From an uncultured Acidimicrobiaceae bacterium (GTDB lineage Bacteria > Actinomycetota > Acidimicrobiia > Spongiisociales > ZC4RG35): a DNA stretch of 64,000 nt. The stretch covers positions 4,370 to 68,369 of the forward strand of contig CAZNDH010000007.1 in the NCBI GenBank assembly GCA_964571765.1, read 5' to 3'. The notes beneath the pieces were generated by a model. It was not told the origin of the DNA. It did no database searches and worked only from the letters and a program-made list of their open reading frames with translations. Positions 9,906-18,360 of the stretch are shown here, in pieces. The position numbers and the translations under genes are program-made. The first letter of the stretch is position 1, and the number at the start of each line of letters is the position of its first letter.

Positions 9906-11215
9906 CGGGCGAAGGCGGCGAACCGGTCGGCAGCCGCCGCCGGAAGCCGCACGTCGAGGATGGTCCCCGACTCGTCGTGTTTCTCCTCGATGACCTCACC
10001 GAGACGGTGGGCTGCGGCCACCATGTCACCCCGGTCGTAGGGGATGCTGAGGGAAAGCGCCACCTGACCACGGGTCAGGAGGTCGGCGATCGACTGGAGG
10101 AGAGCGTCGAGACCCTCCCCGGCCAGAGCCGAGACGATCATCGCATCGGGGTAGATCCCCCTTATTCGTTGCTGCTGAGCCGGGGTCAAGGCATCCCCCT
10201 TGTTGACCACCAGGATCTCGGGGATTGAGGAGGCGCCGATCTCGGAGAGAACCTCCCGGACCGCGCCAACCTGGCCGGGAAGGTCAGGGTCGGTCCCGTC
10301 GACCAGGTGGACCAGCAGGTCGGCCTGTGAAGCCTCGGCGAGCGTCGATCGGAACGACTCGACCAATCCGTGAGGAAGGCGGCGGACGAACCCCACCGTA
10401 TCGGCGAGGAGGACGGTCTTCTTTCCTGGCAGGGCGAGCTTCCTCACCGTGGGGTCCAGGGTGGCGAACAGGCGGTCCTCGACCAGGGCGTGGGCGTCGG
10501 TGAGGGCGTTGAGCAGCGTCGACTTGCCGGCGTTGGTGTACCCGACGATGGAGACCTGGGGCACCTGGTTGCGCCGTCTCTGCTTACGCTGCGTCTCCCG
10601 GTGGCGGGCGCTCTCCTTGAGCTCCCTTTCGAGCCTGGTGATCCTCTGCAGGATCCTGCGCCGGTCGGTTTCCAACTTGGTCTCACCGGGTCCGCGGTTG
10701 GCGATACCCGCCCCGGCCCCTTGTTGGGACAGGCTCCTTCCCTTCCCCCGAAGTCGGGGCAGGTGATAACGGAGCAGGGCCAGCTCGACCTGGAGCGCAC
10801 CAACCCTCGAGGTGGCGTGCTGGGCGAAGATGTCGAGGATCAACGCCTCCCGGTCGACCACGTCGCAGCCAAAGATCCGTTGGAGGTTGCGCTGCTGGGC
10901 CGGTGAGAGCTGATGATCGAAGATGACCACGTCGATGTCGAGCGCCGTGGTCAGCATGGCCAGCGCCTCGGCTTTGCCTTTCCCGATGTAAGTAGCCGGG
11001 TCGACCTGATCTCGCTTCACCACCTCGGAGTCCACCGGATCGGAGCCGGCGGTGTCGGTGAGCAGAGCCAGCTCGTCCAGCGACCGTTCCTCGGCCTCCT
11101 TGCTCATCCCAGGGAGAAGCACCCCGACGAGAAAGGCGCGCTGAATGGCGACCTGGAGGTCGGTGATGGTGGCGGTGAGGCGGCGTCGTCTCCGTGAGGT
11201 GTGTTCTTGGGTCAT
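9902..11215 (-). CDS. hflX: GTPase HflX
   Basis: G1 [15 protein letters not shown] and G3 DTVGF, plus an HflX N-terminal domain. ORF trimmed to ATG 11215 ([12 protein letters not shown]). Confidence 0.92.
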   Translation of the reverse strand: MTQEHTSRRRRRLTATITDLQVAIQRAFLVGVLLPGMSKEAEERSLDELALLTDTAGSDPVDSEVVKRDQVDPATYIGKGKAEALAMLTTALDIDVVIFDHQLSPAQQRNLQRIFGCDVVDREALILDIFAQHATSRVGALQVELALLRYHLPRLRGKGRSLSQQGAGAGIANRGPGETKLETDRRRILQRITRLERELKESARHRETQRKQRRRNQVPQVSIVGYTNAGKSTLLNALTDAHALVEDRLFATLDPTVRKLALPGKKTVLLADTVGFVRRLPHGLVESFRSTLAEASQADLLVHLVDGTDPDLPGQVGAVREVLSEIGASSIPEILVVNKGDALTPAQQQRIRGIYPDAMIVSALAGEGLDALLQSIADLLTRGQVALSLSIPYDRGDMVAAAHRLGEVIEEKHDESGTILDVRLPAAAADRFAAFAR

Positions 11216-11273
11216 CGGCAGGACCCGCGATGATGGCGGGGAGTGCCCGGCGGTGCGATCCAATTAAACCTTC

Positions 11274-11612
11274 TCAGAGATACTGACCCTCGTCGCCAAC
11301 ATGGACCTGTTCCTCCTCGGCGATTATCTGCGACTCCCGGACGGCGATCACCGGCTTGCCCGATGGTGGCCAGATGAACCTCCAGGCACCGGTGGGCACT
11401 GCCCAGAACCTCTGCCCGGTCTCCACGTCGACCAGGGCGAGGGCGTCGTTGCCGTCCTTGGTCCCCACGGGGACGAGCAAGCCGGAACGGGTGGTCGCCT
11501 CCTCGGGGGCATGGCCCACCCGCCACCCGGTCATGACCTTGTAACCGTTGTCCTGGTGTAGGGGGAGGCCGGTCTCCAGCATCCAACACATTCTCGCAGG
11601 GTGCGCCCCCAA
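11274..11612 (-). CDS. hypothetical protein (112 aa)
   Basis: High third-position GC, in a coding-like frame upstream of hflX. TTG 11612 is preceded by GGGGAG 6 nt upstream. ATG 11591 and 11582 are alternative starts. No family recognised. Confidence 0.5.
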   Translation of the reverse strand: MGAHPARMCWMLETGLPLHQDNGYKVMTGWRVGHAPEEATTRSGLLVPVGTKDGNDALALVDVETGQRFWAVPTGAWRFIWPPSGKPVIAVRESQIIAEEEQVHVGDEGQYL

Positions 11613-11615
11613 CGG

Positions 11616-11645
11616 CTACTCCCCGGCTGTGTAGGCCGGGGAGTA
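11616..11645. other. perfect 12-bp inverted repeat / hairpin in the divergent spacer between orf11612 and maeB
   Basis: CTACTCCCCGGC-TGTGTA-GCCGGGGAGTAG. On the minus transcript, the 3' arm contains the GGGGAG SD of TTG 11612. Confidence 0.6.
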
Positions 11646-11650
11646 GCGAA

Positions 11651-11656
11651 TAGGGT
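11651..11656 (+). promoter_or_regulatory. -10 box, leaderless maeB
   Basis: TAGGGT, 8 nt before ATG 11665. Confidence 0.45.
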
Positions 11657-11664
11657 TCGGGGTC

Positions 11665-13938
11665 ATGGCCGAACCACGAAACTTCTCCGAGGCTCTGGAG
11701 TATCACGAGCGGCCCCGGCCGGGAAAGCTGGAGATCAGGTCGACCAAGCCGACCGCCACCCAGCATGACCTGAGCTTGGCCTACACACCGGGGGTGGCCG
11801 AGCCATGCCTTGCCATCGCCGACGACCCCGAAGCCGCCTTTCGCTTCACCAATCGGGGCAACCTGGTCGCGGTGGTCTCCAACGGGACCGCGGTCCTCGG
11901 CCTGGGGAACATAGGCCCTCTGGCGGGAAAGCCGGTCATGGAAGGCAAGGCGGTGTTGTTCAAGCGCTTCGCCGACATCGATGTCTTCGATCTCGAGATC
12001 GACGCCACCGATCCCGAAGACGTGATCCGATTCTGCGAGCTCCTCGCCCCCACGGTGGGAGGAATCAACCTGGAGGACATCAAGGCGCCGGAGTGCTTCT
12101 ACATCGAGGAGACCCTGCGTCAGCGACTCGACATCCCGGTGTTCCACGACGACCAACACGGCACCGCGATCATCGGCGGAGCCGCATTCATCAACGCCAT
12201 CGAGATCACCGGCCGTGACCTCTCCACTACCCGGGTGGTGGTCGCCGGCGCCGGTGCCGCCGGGATCGCATCGGCGCGGTTCCTGATGTCTCTTGGGGTG
12301 GACCCGGCCAACGTGGTGATGACCGATTCCCGGGGAGTGCTCCATACCGGGAGGGACGATCTCATCGAGCCTAAGACGGAATTCGCCGTGGACACAGCAG
12401 CCCGGACCCTGGAGGACGCCATGGTCGGGGCTGACGTCTTCATCGGCGTCTCGGTGGCAGGGACGGTGACCAAGGAGATGGTTCGTTCGATGGCCGACCA
12501 GCCGATCGTGTTCGCCCTGGCCAACCCCGACCCGGAGATCACCTATCCCGACGCCCGAGCCGCCCGCGAAGACGTGATCATGGCCACCGGCCGCAGCGAC
12601 TATCCCAATCAGGTGAACAACGTCCTCGGATTCCCCTTCATCTTCCGGGGCGCACTCGACGTCAGGGCGCGGGCCGTTTCGGAGAAGATGAAGGTCGCCG
12701 CCGCCTATGCCCTTGCCGAGCTGGCACGGGAACCGGTGCCCGACCCGGTTCTCCGGGCCTATGACCTCGACCAGCTCTCGTTCGGGCCGGAGTACCTAAT
12801 CCCCAAGCCGTTCGACTCGAGGGTTTTGTGGAAAGTGGCGCCGGCGGTGGCGCTGGCCGCAATGGAGGAGGGCCTCGCCGGTTTGCCCATCGAGGACTTC
12901 GACCAGTACCGCACCCAGCTCCAGGCGAGGTTCCGGGCGTCGCACGCCCTGGTCAATGCGATAACCAACCGGGCGATGGAGCAGCCCAAGCGGGTGGCCT
13001 ACCCCCGCGGCGACGACGTCAGGATCATCCGGGCTGCCCGGCGCGTGGCCGACGAGGGCATCGCCCGACCGATCCTCCTCGGCGACGCCGGGGCGATCGA
13101 GTCGATCGCATCCGGCTACGCCATACCGCTGGACGGTCTGGAGGTCATCGATCCCACCGCCGAGGACTCGAACCGCGAGAGCTATGCCCGGGTGCTCGAA
13201 GAACTGCGCCGGCACAAGGGGATGAGCCTGGAAACCGCCCGTCGCCAGGTGGCCGACCCCAATATGTACGGGTGCTTGATGGTTCACCAGGGGGCCGCGG
13301 ATGCGGTGCTCGGGGGGCTCTCTTCCTTCTACCCGGAGACGATCCGCCCTGCCCTCCACGTCCTCAAGGTGGAGGAGGGCAGGTCGATCGTCTCGGCGGT
13401 CTACCTGGTGATGGTGGGGGGGCGGCCGCTCTTCCTCACCGATTGCGCGGTGAACATCGAACCGACTTCCGAGCAGCTCGCCGAGATCGCCCTGGCGGCC
13501 ACCGCCACCGCGGAAAATGACTTCGACCGTGATCCCCGGGTTGCCTTCATCAGCTATTCCGACTTCGGCTCGGCTGGTGGTGAGGAGCCGGCCCGGGTGC
13601 GTCGCGCCGTGGAGTTGTTCCGCCAGGCCCGTCCCGACGTGCCGGCGGATGGCGAGATGCAGGCCGACACCGCAGTGGTCTCCGAGCTGCTTCGAGACCG
13701 CCACCCGTCGGGACCTCTGCAGCGTTCCGCCAACGTGTTGGTTTTCCCCAACCTCACCGCGGCCAACGCCTCTTACAAGCTGCTCAACCGTCTCGCCGAT
13801 GCCGAGGTGATCGGGCCCATCCTCACCGGCCTGTCGAAGACGGTCCACGTGCTGCAGAGGGACGCCTCGGTCAGCGATGTGGTCAATATGACCGCTATAG
13901 CAGTGGCAGAGGTGCAGCGACGCGATCGGACCGCCTGA
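11665..13938 (+). CDS. maeB: NADP-dependent malic enzyme with C-terminal phosphotransacetylase-like domain (MaeB type)
   Basis: 757 aa. Malic-enzyme N-terminal and NAD(P)-binding domains followed by a PTA-like domain. Confidence 0.92.
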   Translation: MAEPRNFSEALEYHERPRPGKLEIRSTKPTATQHDLSLAYTPGVAEPCLAIADDPEAAFRFTNRGNLVAVVSNGTAVLGLGNIGPLAGKPVMEGKAVLFKRFADIDVFDLEIDATDPEDVIRFCELLAPTVGGINLEDIKAPECFYIEETLRQRLDIPVFHDDQHGTAIIGGAAFINAIEITGRDLSTTRVVVAGAGAAGIASARFLMSLGVDPANVVMTDSRGVLHTGRDDLIEPKTEFAVDTAARTLEDAMVGADVFIGVSVAGTVTKEMVRSMADQPIVFALANPDPEITYPDARAAREDVIMATGRSDYPNQVNNVLGFPFIFRGALDVRARAVSEKMKVAAAYALAELAREPVPDPVLRAYDLDQLSFGPEYLIPKPFDSRVLWKVAPAVALAAMEEGLAGLPIEDFDQYRTQLQARFRASHALVNAITNRAMEQPKRVAYPRGDDVRIIRAARRVADEGIARPILLGDAGAIESIASGYAIPLDGLEVIDPTAEDSNRESYARVLEELRRHKGMSLETARRQVADPNMYGCLMVHQGAADAVLGGLSSFYPETIRPALHVLKVEEGRSIVSAVYLVMVGGRPLFLTDCAVNIEPTSEQLAEIALAATATAENDFDRDPRVAFISYSDFGSAGGEEPARVRRAVELFRQARPDVPADGEMQADTAVVSELLRDRHPSGPLQRSANVLVFPNLTAANASYKLLNRLADAEVIGPILTGLSKTVHVLQRDASVSDVVNMTAIAVAEVQRRDRTA

Positions 13939-13965
13939 ACCGGTTCATCGGCCGCTCAGACCTGC

Positions 13966-15174
13966 TCACCAGTACTCCTCGTAATGCACGTTCCCTTTGA
14001 CCTTGAGATGGTCGATGGTGAAGCCGCGCTCGCTGAGTATCTGGCACACCCCGAGGGTCTCCGGGAACTCCATCGAGCCGTCCTCTCCCCACTTGGGAAG
14101 CCCGATCATGGCCGGATTTCCACAGAGGAACACGTGTGTGCTTCCCGGTTCGAGGGGCTTGCCCAATTCCTCCTCGAGGCGACCGGAGAGGATCAGGTCC
14201 TGGATGTACACCTTGTTGCCCTCGTTCTCCGGCTCTCGGGTGGTCAGCGGGAGATAGGTGTAGTTCGGCCAGCGGTCCTGGACGACCTGGTGCCGGTCGA
14301 GATACGCCAGGTCCCGCCAGTAGCGGACACAGACCGCGTTGAGGATCCGCCCTGTGTGACCGGTGCGGAGCAGCTCTGCGGTCATCGCGTTCTGCGGTGC
14401 CTCCCCGGTGCCGGTGCTCAGGAATACCACGCTGTCTGCTGGCTCCACCGGGTCGAGGGTGTAGCGGCCGGTGAACTTCCGACCCATGTAGAGGCGGTCA
14501 TCGACCTGCTTCTTGAACAACCTTGGTGTCAGGGCGGGAAGGCCGTTCGACCGGCGGACCAGGACGAGGTAGAACTCGATGTCCTCGGGGTGGGCGGGCA
14601 TCAGATTCCCGTCGTCGTCGACGATCGAGCTCGAGACCGAATAGGAGCGGCGGGCCATCTTCTCGCGCTGGCCGGGGTCATCTTCGAAGTCCTCGATCTC
14701 CTCGTCGGCGCGTTCCTCCCAGAAACCCAGTCCCAGCGTGGTGTACTGGCCCGCCTTGAAGGGCTCGGCGGGCGCATCGGGGCGCACCCTCATCACCCAG
14801 AGGTCGGGGTTGTGGGCCCTTATCGAGGAGATGGTGGCGTTATAGCTCTCCTCCCGAAGCTTCTCGTCGATGAGGCCCGGTGTCTCCTCCTGGTAGAACA
14901 GGAACAGGTTGGATATGACACTGGTGGTTCCGTCCAGTGAATCATCGTCCCACTCCTGGGCCCGCTCCACGGTCACCACGTTGGAGAGTACGTGGATCCG
15001 GCTGATGGAGCCGTCCGAGGAGAAGAGGCGGCGGGCCAGCTCGCGAGGAGGGGTGTCGGGCACCTGCGGAGGCTCGGTGTAGGTGTAACCGTCCTGACCG
15101 GTGAGCGAACGGTCGAGGGTGAACACGCCGGTCTCACCCACGATGGCGGACTCGACCGTTATCACCTGGCCCAT
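13966..15174 (-). CDS. ferredoxin-NADP(+) reductase-family flavoprotein with N-terminal Nfu/NifU-N-like domain
   Basis: FAD motif RRSYSVSS and NAD(P) motif LSTGTGEAP. The N-terminal ~100 aa (ELARRLFSSDGSISRIHVLSNVVTVERAQEWDDD) resemble an Nfu_N domain. Start set to ATG 15174 (third codon of the track ORF) from promoter geometry. Confidence 0.8.
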   Translation of the reverse strand: MGQVITVESAIVGETGVFTLDRSLTGQDGYTYTEPPQVPDTPPRELARRLFSSDGSISRIHVLSNVVTVERAQEWDDDSLDGTTSVISNLFLFYQEETPGLIDEKLREESYNATISSIRAHNPDLWVMRVRPDAPAEPFKAGQYTTLGLGFWEERADEEIEDFEDDPGQREKMARRSYSVSSSIVDDDGNLMPAHPEDIEFYLVLVRRSNGLPALTPRLFKKQVDDRLYMGRKFTGRYTLDPVEPADSVVFLSTGTGEAPQNAMTAELLRTGHTGRILNAVCVRYWRDLAYLDRHQVVQDRWPNYTYLPLTTREPENEGNKVYIQDLILSGRLEEELGKPLEPGSTHVFLCGNPAMIGLPKWGEDGSMEFPETLGVCQILSERGFTIDHLKVKGNVHYEEYW

Positions 15175-15180
15175 AGGCAC

Positions 15181-15186
15181 AAGTTA
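15181..15186 (-). promoter_or_regulatory. -10 box, leaderless FNR-like gene
   Basis: TAACTT (minus strand), 6 nt before ATG 15174. Confidence 0.45.
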
Positions 15187-15228
15187 ACCGGCGGGAACAC
15201 CTCGCTGATCCCTGCTGTTGCCGACTAC

Positions 15229-15615
15229 ATGGACCCTGCAGTCCGGCAGGCGATGGAGAGCGGCGGGATCGCCGACATAACCACGATGGGCAGACGAACC
15301 GGGTTGCCCCGCCGGATCGAGATCTATTTCCACCACTTCGAGGGTGAGTTCGTGCTCACCGGGCGCCCCGGCCGAAAGCGGGATTGGGAGGCCAACATCG
15401 AGTCGAACCCCCGATTCACCCTCCATCTCAAGGGCCGGGTGAAGGCCGACGTGCAGGTGTTGGGTGAGCCGGTGCCAGAAAAGGAGGAGCGCGCCGCACT
15501 GATGAGACGTGCCCTCATCGAGAGTTGGAACTCACCCCCGGATCGAGTCGAGGCCCGTCTCGACGAGTGGGTGGAGCAGGCACCTCTGATCAAGTTCCAA
15601 CCGGCCGGGGACTGA
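15229..15615 (+). CDS. deazaflavin (F420)-dependent nitroreductase-family protein (DUF385-like)
   Basis: 128 aa. ITTMGRRTGLPRRIEIYFHH..TGRPG..RDWEANIESNPRFTLHL matches the family pattern. The track ORF start 14992 is antisense to the neighbouring gene. Confidence 0.7.
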   Translation: MDPAVRQAMESGGIADITTMGRRTGLPRRIEIYFHHFEGEFVLTGRPGRKRDWEANIESNPRFTLHLKGRVKADVQVLGEPVPEKEERAALMRRALIESWNSPPDRVEARLDEWVEQAPLIKFQPAGD

Positions 15616-15642
15616 CCCGACCGGTCGGACCGCCGTGTCGGC

Positions 15643-16077
15643 TCAGCTCGCCAACGACGACCTCGGATCGCTTCCGGGGAGCCTCTCCCCGACGTCCTTC
15701 ATGCCCAATCCGATCAGGATGAAGAGGATGCCCGAGAGAGTGGCGAGTCCAGCGACACCGAAGGCAAGGATCGAAGTGAACAGGGAAGCCTGGAGAAACG
15801 ATGAGTTCATCGCCACCTGGCGCACCGGATCCTCCCGGTCTATCTCGGCGTAGGTCCTGCCCCCGGTTGCTTCCAGAGTGTGCTTCTCGATGATGCGCGC
15901 CTGACAGTAGGCACCGTAGGGCCCGCGGACCACGGCTCCTTTCATACAGTCGGCGTCATCGGCGACGGTGATCCGCTGGTCTGCCAGGGTGTTGCTCACC
16001 AGAACCCAGGTTCCGATCCCTCCGGCGATCAAGGCCACTCCGAAGATGATCGCTGCGATGTATGCCCACTTCCGCAT
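15643..16077 (-). CDS. membrane protein, two predicted TM helices
   Basis: ORF trimmed to ATG 16077 (MRKWAYIAAIIFGVALIAGG) with GAAAGGGA upstream. There is a second hydrophobic helix near the C-terminus. Confidence 0.6.
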   Translation of the reverse strand: MRKWAYIAAIIFGVALIAGGIGTWVLVSNTLADQRITVADDADCMKGAVVRGPYGAYCQARIIEKHTLEATGGRTYAEIDREDPVRQVAMNSSFLQASLFTSILAFGVAGLATLSGILFILIGLGMKDVGERLPGSDPRSSLAS

Positions 16078-16180
16078 GTCGTCCCTTTCTGTAGTGGGTA
16101 CCAAGATACAAACCTGGATCGGATCGAACCGGGAGAGTCGAAGCTCGGTCGGCGACCATGGCCCCATGGGGAGGCCAGGT

Positions 16181-16657
16181 TCAGCGGTCGCAGAGGTCAG
16201 TGTCGTCCGGGAGTCCTGCCATCACCTTCTCGGCGATCTCGGAGAGGCTGGCGATCGAATCAGGGTCGAGCTGGTCGAGCATCAGCGCCCGCACCCCCTC
16301 GTCGTGAACCCGGGAGGCGTTTTCCCAGGCCTCACGCCCGGTGGCGGTCAGGCTGACCCACAGGCCGCGGCCGTCGCTCTCACACACCACACGATCTATG
16401 AGCCCACGGTTCTCCATGCGTCTCAGGTGGTGGGAGAGTCGGCTCTTCTCCCAGTGGAGACCGGTTCCCAGCTCGAAGGCACGCAGTCGTGCCTCGGTGC
16501 TTTCGACCAGGGCGGTCAGCACCTCGAAGTCGGGTAGGGACACACCGCTCGCCTCGAGGAGACGGCGGTGGAGGCGCGCTCCCAGGCTGACCGCCATCCG
16601 CTGAAAGGCCTGCCACGCCCTCAGCTCTTCGGGGGCGAGGCGACGGGTTCGATCCAT
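16181..16657 (-). CDS. MarR-family transcriptional regulator
   Basis: 158 aa. Winged-HTH region LTALVESTEARLRAFELGTGLHWEKSRLSHHLRRMENRGLI. Confidence 0.85.
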   Translation of the reverse strand: MDRTRRLAPEELRAWQAFQRMAVSLGARLHRRLLEASGVSLPDFEVLTALVESTEARLRAFELGTGLHWEKSRLSHHLRRMENRGLIDRVVCESDGRGLWVSLTATGREAWENASRVHDEGVRALMLDQLDPDSIASLSEIAEKVMAGLPDDTDLCDR

Positions 16658-16663
16658 GACCGG

Positions 16664-16691
16664 AGTGTACTCAGTTTGGTTGACATGTCAC
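16664..16691 (-). promoter_or_regulatory. marR-family gene promoter (leaderless)
   Basis: Minus strand: GTGACA (16691-16686), 16-nt spacer, TACACT (16669-16664), 6 nt, ATG 16657. Confidence 0.6.
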
Positions 16692-16708
16692 CCTGCTCTC
16701 GGTATGTT
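16680..16708 (+). promoter_or_regulatory. yceI-family gene promoter
   Basis: TTGACA (16680-16685), 17-nt spacer, TATGTT (16703-16708). The leader of about 33 nt carries AAGGAG. Confidence 0.65.
16681..16690. promoter_or_regulatory. palindromic operator candidate 1 (MarR)
   Basis: TGACATGTCA, a perfect 10-bp palindrome formed by the two overlapping divergent -35 elements. Confidence 0.55.
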
Positions 16709-16709
16709 G

Positions 16710-16723
16710 GTTGATGCATCAAC
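16710..16723. promoter_or_regulatory. palindromic operator candidate 2 (MarR)
   Basis: GTTGATGCATCAAC, a perfect 14-bp palindrome covering the predicted yceI transcription start. Confidence 0.6.
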
Positions 16724-16748
16724 TAAGTATCGACAGCAAGGAGCGACA

Positions 16749-17318
16749 ATGGATGCCACACGTGTGGAGGCACTGATCGACACCAAGGACCTGACCGGCG
16801 TCTACACCATCGACCCGGCCCACAGCCGCTTTGGCTTTGTGGCACGTCATGCCATGGTGACCAGGGTACGGGGGCACTTCGGCCAGTTCTCCGGATCGCT
16901 GAATCTAAACGGCGACGACCCGACCGCCTCGAGCGGAGAGGTCACCATCGAGGCTGCAAGCATCGACACCAACAATGCCGACCGGGACGCCCACATAAGG
17001 AGCAACGACTTCCTGGCACTCGATCAATATCCGCAGATCGAGTTTCGGACGACGTCGATCGAGGGAGGCCCGGTGCACTATCGGGCGACCGGTGACCTGA
17101 CTGTCCGTGGTGTCACCAAGCCGGTGACCCTCGAAGTCGACTTCACCGGATCGGCTGTTGATCCCTGGGGGCAGACCCGGGTCGGGTTCGAGGGCTCGAC
17201 GGTGGTCAACCGCAAGGACTGGGGGGTGAGCTGGAATGCCGCCCTCGAGGCCGGCGGAGTCCTGGTTTCCGAGAAGGTCACCCTGGAGTTCGAGATCGCC
17301 GGCATCAAGCAAGGCTGA
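16749..17318 (+). CDS. YceI-family (polyisoprenoid-binding) protein
   Basis: ORF trimmed to ATG 16749 with AAGGAG at 16738-16743. YTIDPAHSRFGFVARHAMVTRVRGHF is typical of YceI. Confidence 0.88.
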   Translation: MDATRVEALIDTKDLTGVYTIDPAHSRFGFVARHAMVTRVRGHFGQFSGSLNLNGDDPTASSGEVTIEAASIDTNNADRDAHIRSNDFLALDQYPQIEFRTTSIEGGPVHYRATGDLTVRGVTKPVTLEVDFTGSAVDPWGQTRVGFEGSTVVNRKDWGVSWNAALEAGGVLVSEKVTLEFEIAGIKQG

Positions 17319-17359
17319 CGTGTCCGGGTTGGTGGCGGATGGTACGGGCTCAGCGGCCG

Positions 17360-17365
17360 TACCAT
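17360..17365 (+). promoter_or_regulatory. -10 box, leaderless HTH gene
   Basis: TACCAT, 7 nt before ATG 17373. Embedded in the inverted repeat GGTACGG(17341-47)/CCGTACC(17357-63). Confidence 0.5.
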
Positions 17366-17372
17366 CTCCCCG

Positions 17373-18086
17373 ATGCCCGAGAGGAGCTTCGGACGCACTG
17401 TCAGGTACCGGAGGACCAAGCTCGGCCTGAGTCAGGCCAAGCTTGGGGACCTGGTGGGTCGATCCCCGGCGACGATCCGGTCCTGGGAGTCCGACAGGAG
17501 CACCCCCAACGACCCCGAGGTGATCGCCACCCTGTCGGCCATCCTCGGCGTCGACGAGCGGACCCTCTTCGGCAAGGCGGGGGTGACGCTTCCGGTGGTC
17601 GAGGAGACCAGCCCCACGATCGAGGAGGCCCTAGCCTCGCTGGCGCCCGACCGGGAGGACGAGGAGGAGATGGTGGTGCTGTCGATGACCTCCCTTCTCG
17701 AGGAGAGTCTCAGTCCGGAAGGGGAGGTTTCGCCGGCATCTCCGGGCAGTCCAGATCACAGGGAACCCGACAAGGTCGAGCCTTCCTCGTTGCCAACGGC
17801 GGCCGCTCTGCGGATGGTCCCGCTGGCTCCGGTGGCGCCGCCTCCACCCACTGACCTCGGGGCGCCCACAACCACTCAAACCGTCACCACCACCCAGGTC
17901 CCCCGGCCGGTAGGTGAGGCTTCCTACATCGAGGACCCCGGCCAGAAGCCGCTGTATCGGGTTCGCACCCTGGCCACCGTGGTGGCGCTGGTGGGGCTGG
18001 TGATAACCCTGCTGTGGGCTATAGGGCAGGGACTCGATGCGCTTGGTCAGTGGTGGGACGACTTCTTCGGGACCCTTCGCCTCTGA
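17373..18086 (+). CDS. XRE-family HTH protein with Pro/Glu-rich linker and C-terminal TM helix
   Basis: N-terminal HTH (RRTKLGLSQAKLGDLVGRSPATIRSWESD) and C-terminal helix LATVVALVGLVITLLWAIG. Confidence 0.75.
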   Translation: MPERSFGRTVRYRRTKLGLSQAKLGDLVGRSPATIRSWESDRSTPNDPEVIATLSAILGVDERTLFGKAGVTLPVVEETSPTIEEALASLAPDREDEEEMVVLSMTSLLEESLSPEGEVSPASPGSPDHREPDKVEPSSLPTAAALRMVPLAPVAPPPPTDLGAPTTTQTVTTTQVPRPVGEASYIEDPGQKPLYRVRTLATVVALVGLVITLLWAIGQGLDALGQWWDDFFGTLRL

Positions 18087-18133
18087 ATTGTGACTGCAAA
18101 CCGGCTCGACCTATGGCAGACTCTCCTCACCAG

Positions 18134-18149
18134 AGAAAGGAGGTGGTCC
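18134..18149 (+). other. 16-nt element complementary to the conserved 16S rRNA 3' tail (super-SD on + / anti-SD mimic on -)
   Basis: AGAAAGGAGGTGGTCC versus the complement of GGAUCACCUCCUUUCU: 15 Watson-Crick pairs plus 1 G.U. A second GGAGGTGG lies at 18177-18184. No annotated gene follows. Confidence 0.5.
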
Positions 18150-18331
18150 CAAGTTGCATGAAAGTCTTTGGACTCTGGAGGTGGCCGGGCGCTGAGCGGC
18201 GCCCACCGCCGAGCGCCGCTCCCCATTAGGGACGGTGGCGACTCCAAACCCGGACCACCCGGCTTCGGCTACCACGGGACTAGTCCAACCGTGGCCTTCG
18301 AGGAGAAATGTCGCAGCTGAAACTCGACCCT

Positions 18332-18358
18332 GAGGGCCCCCGCCGAGCGGGGGTCCTC
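18332..18358. terminator. GC-rich hairpin abutting the cysK-like stop codon
   Basis: GAGGGCCCCCGC-CGA-GCGGGGGTCCTC, a 12-bp stem. The single non-WC pair is G.U on the + transcript and A.C on the - transcript. No U-tract. Confidence 0.4.
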
Positions 18359-18360
18359 GG

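Noticed and set aside
18121-18180. The anti-SD-like sequence as a fragment of a 16S rRNA gene
   Set aside because: Similarity to the 16S 3' end is limited to about 25 nt (TGCAACTTGGGACCACCTCCTTTCT on the minus strand). No further rRNA-like sequence flanks it.
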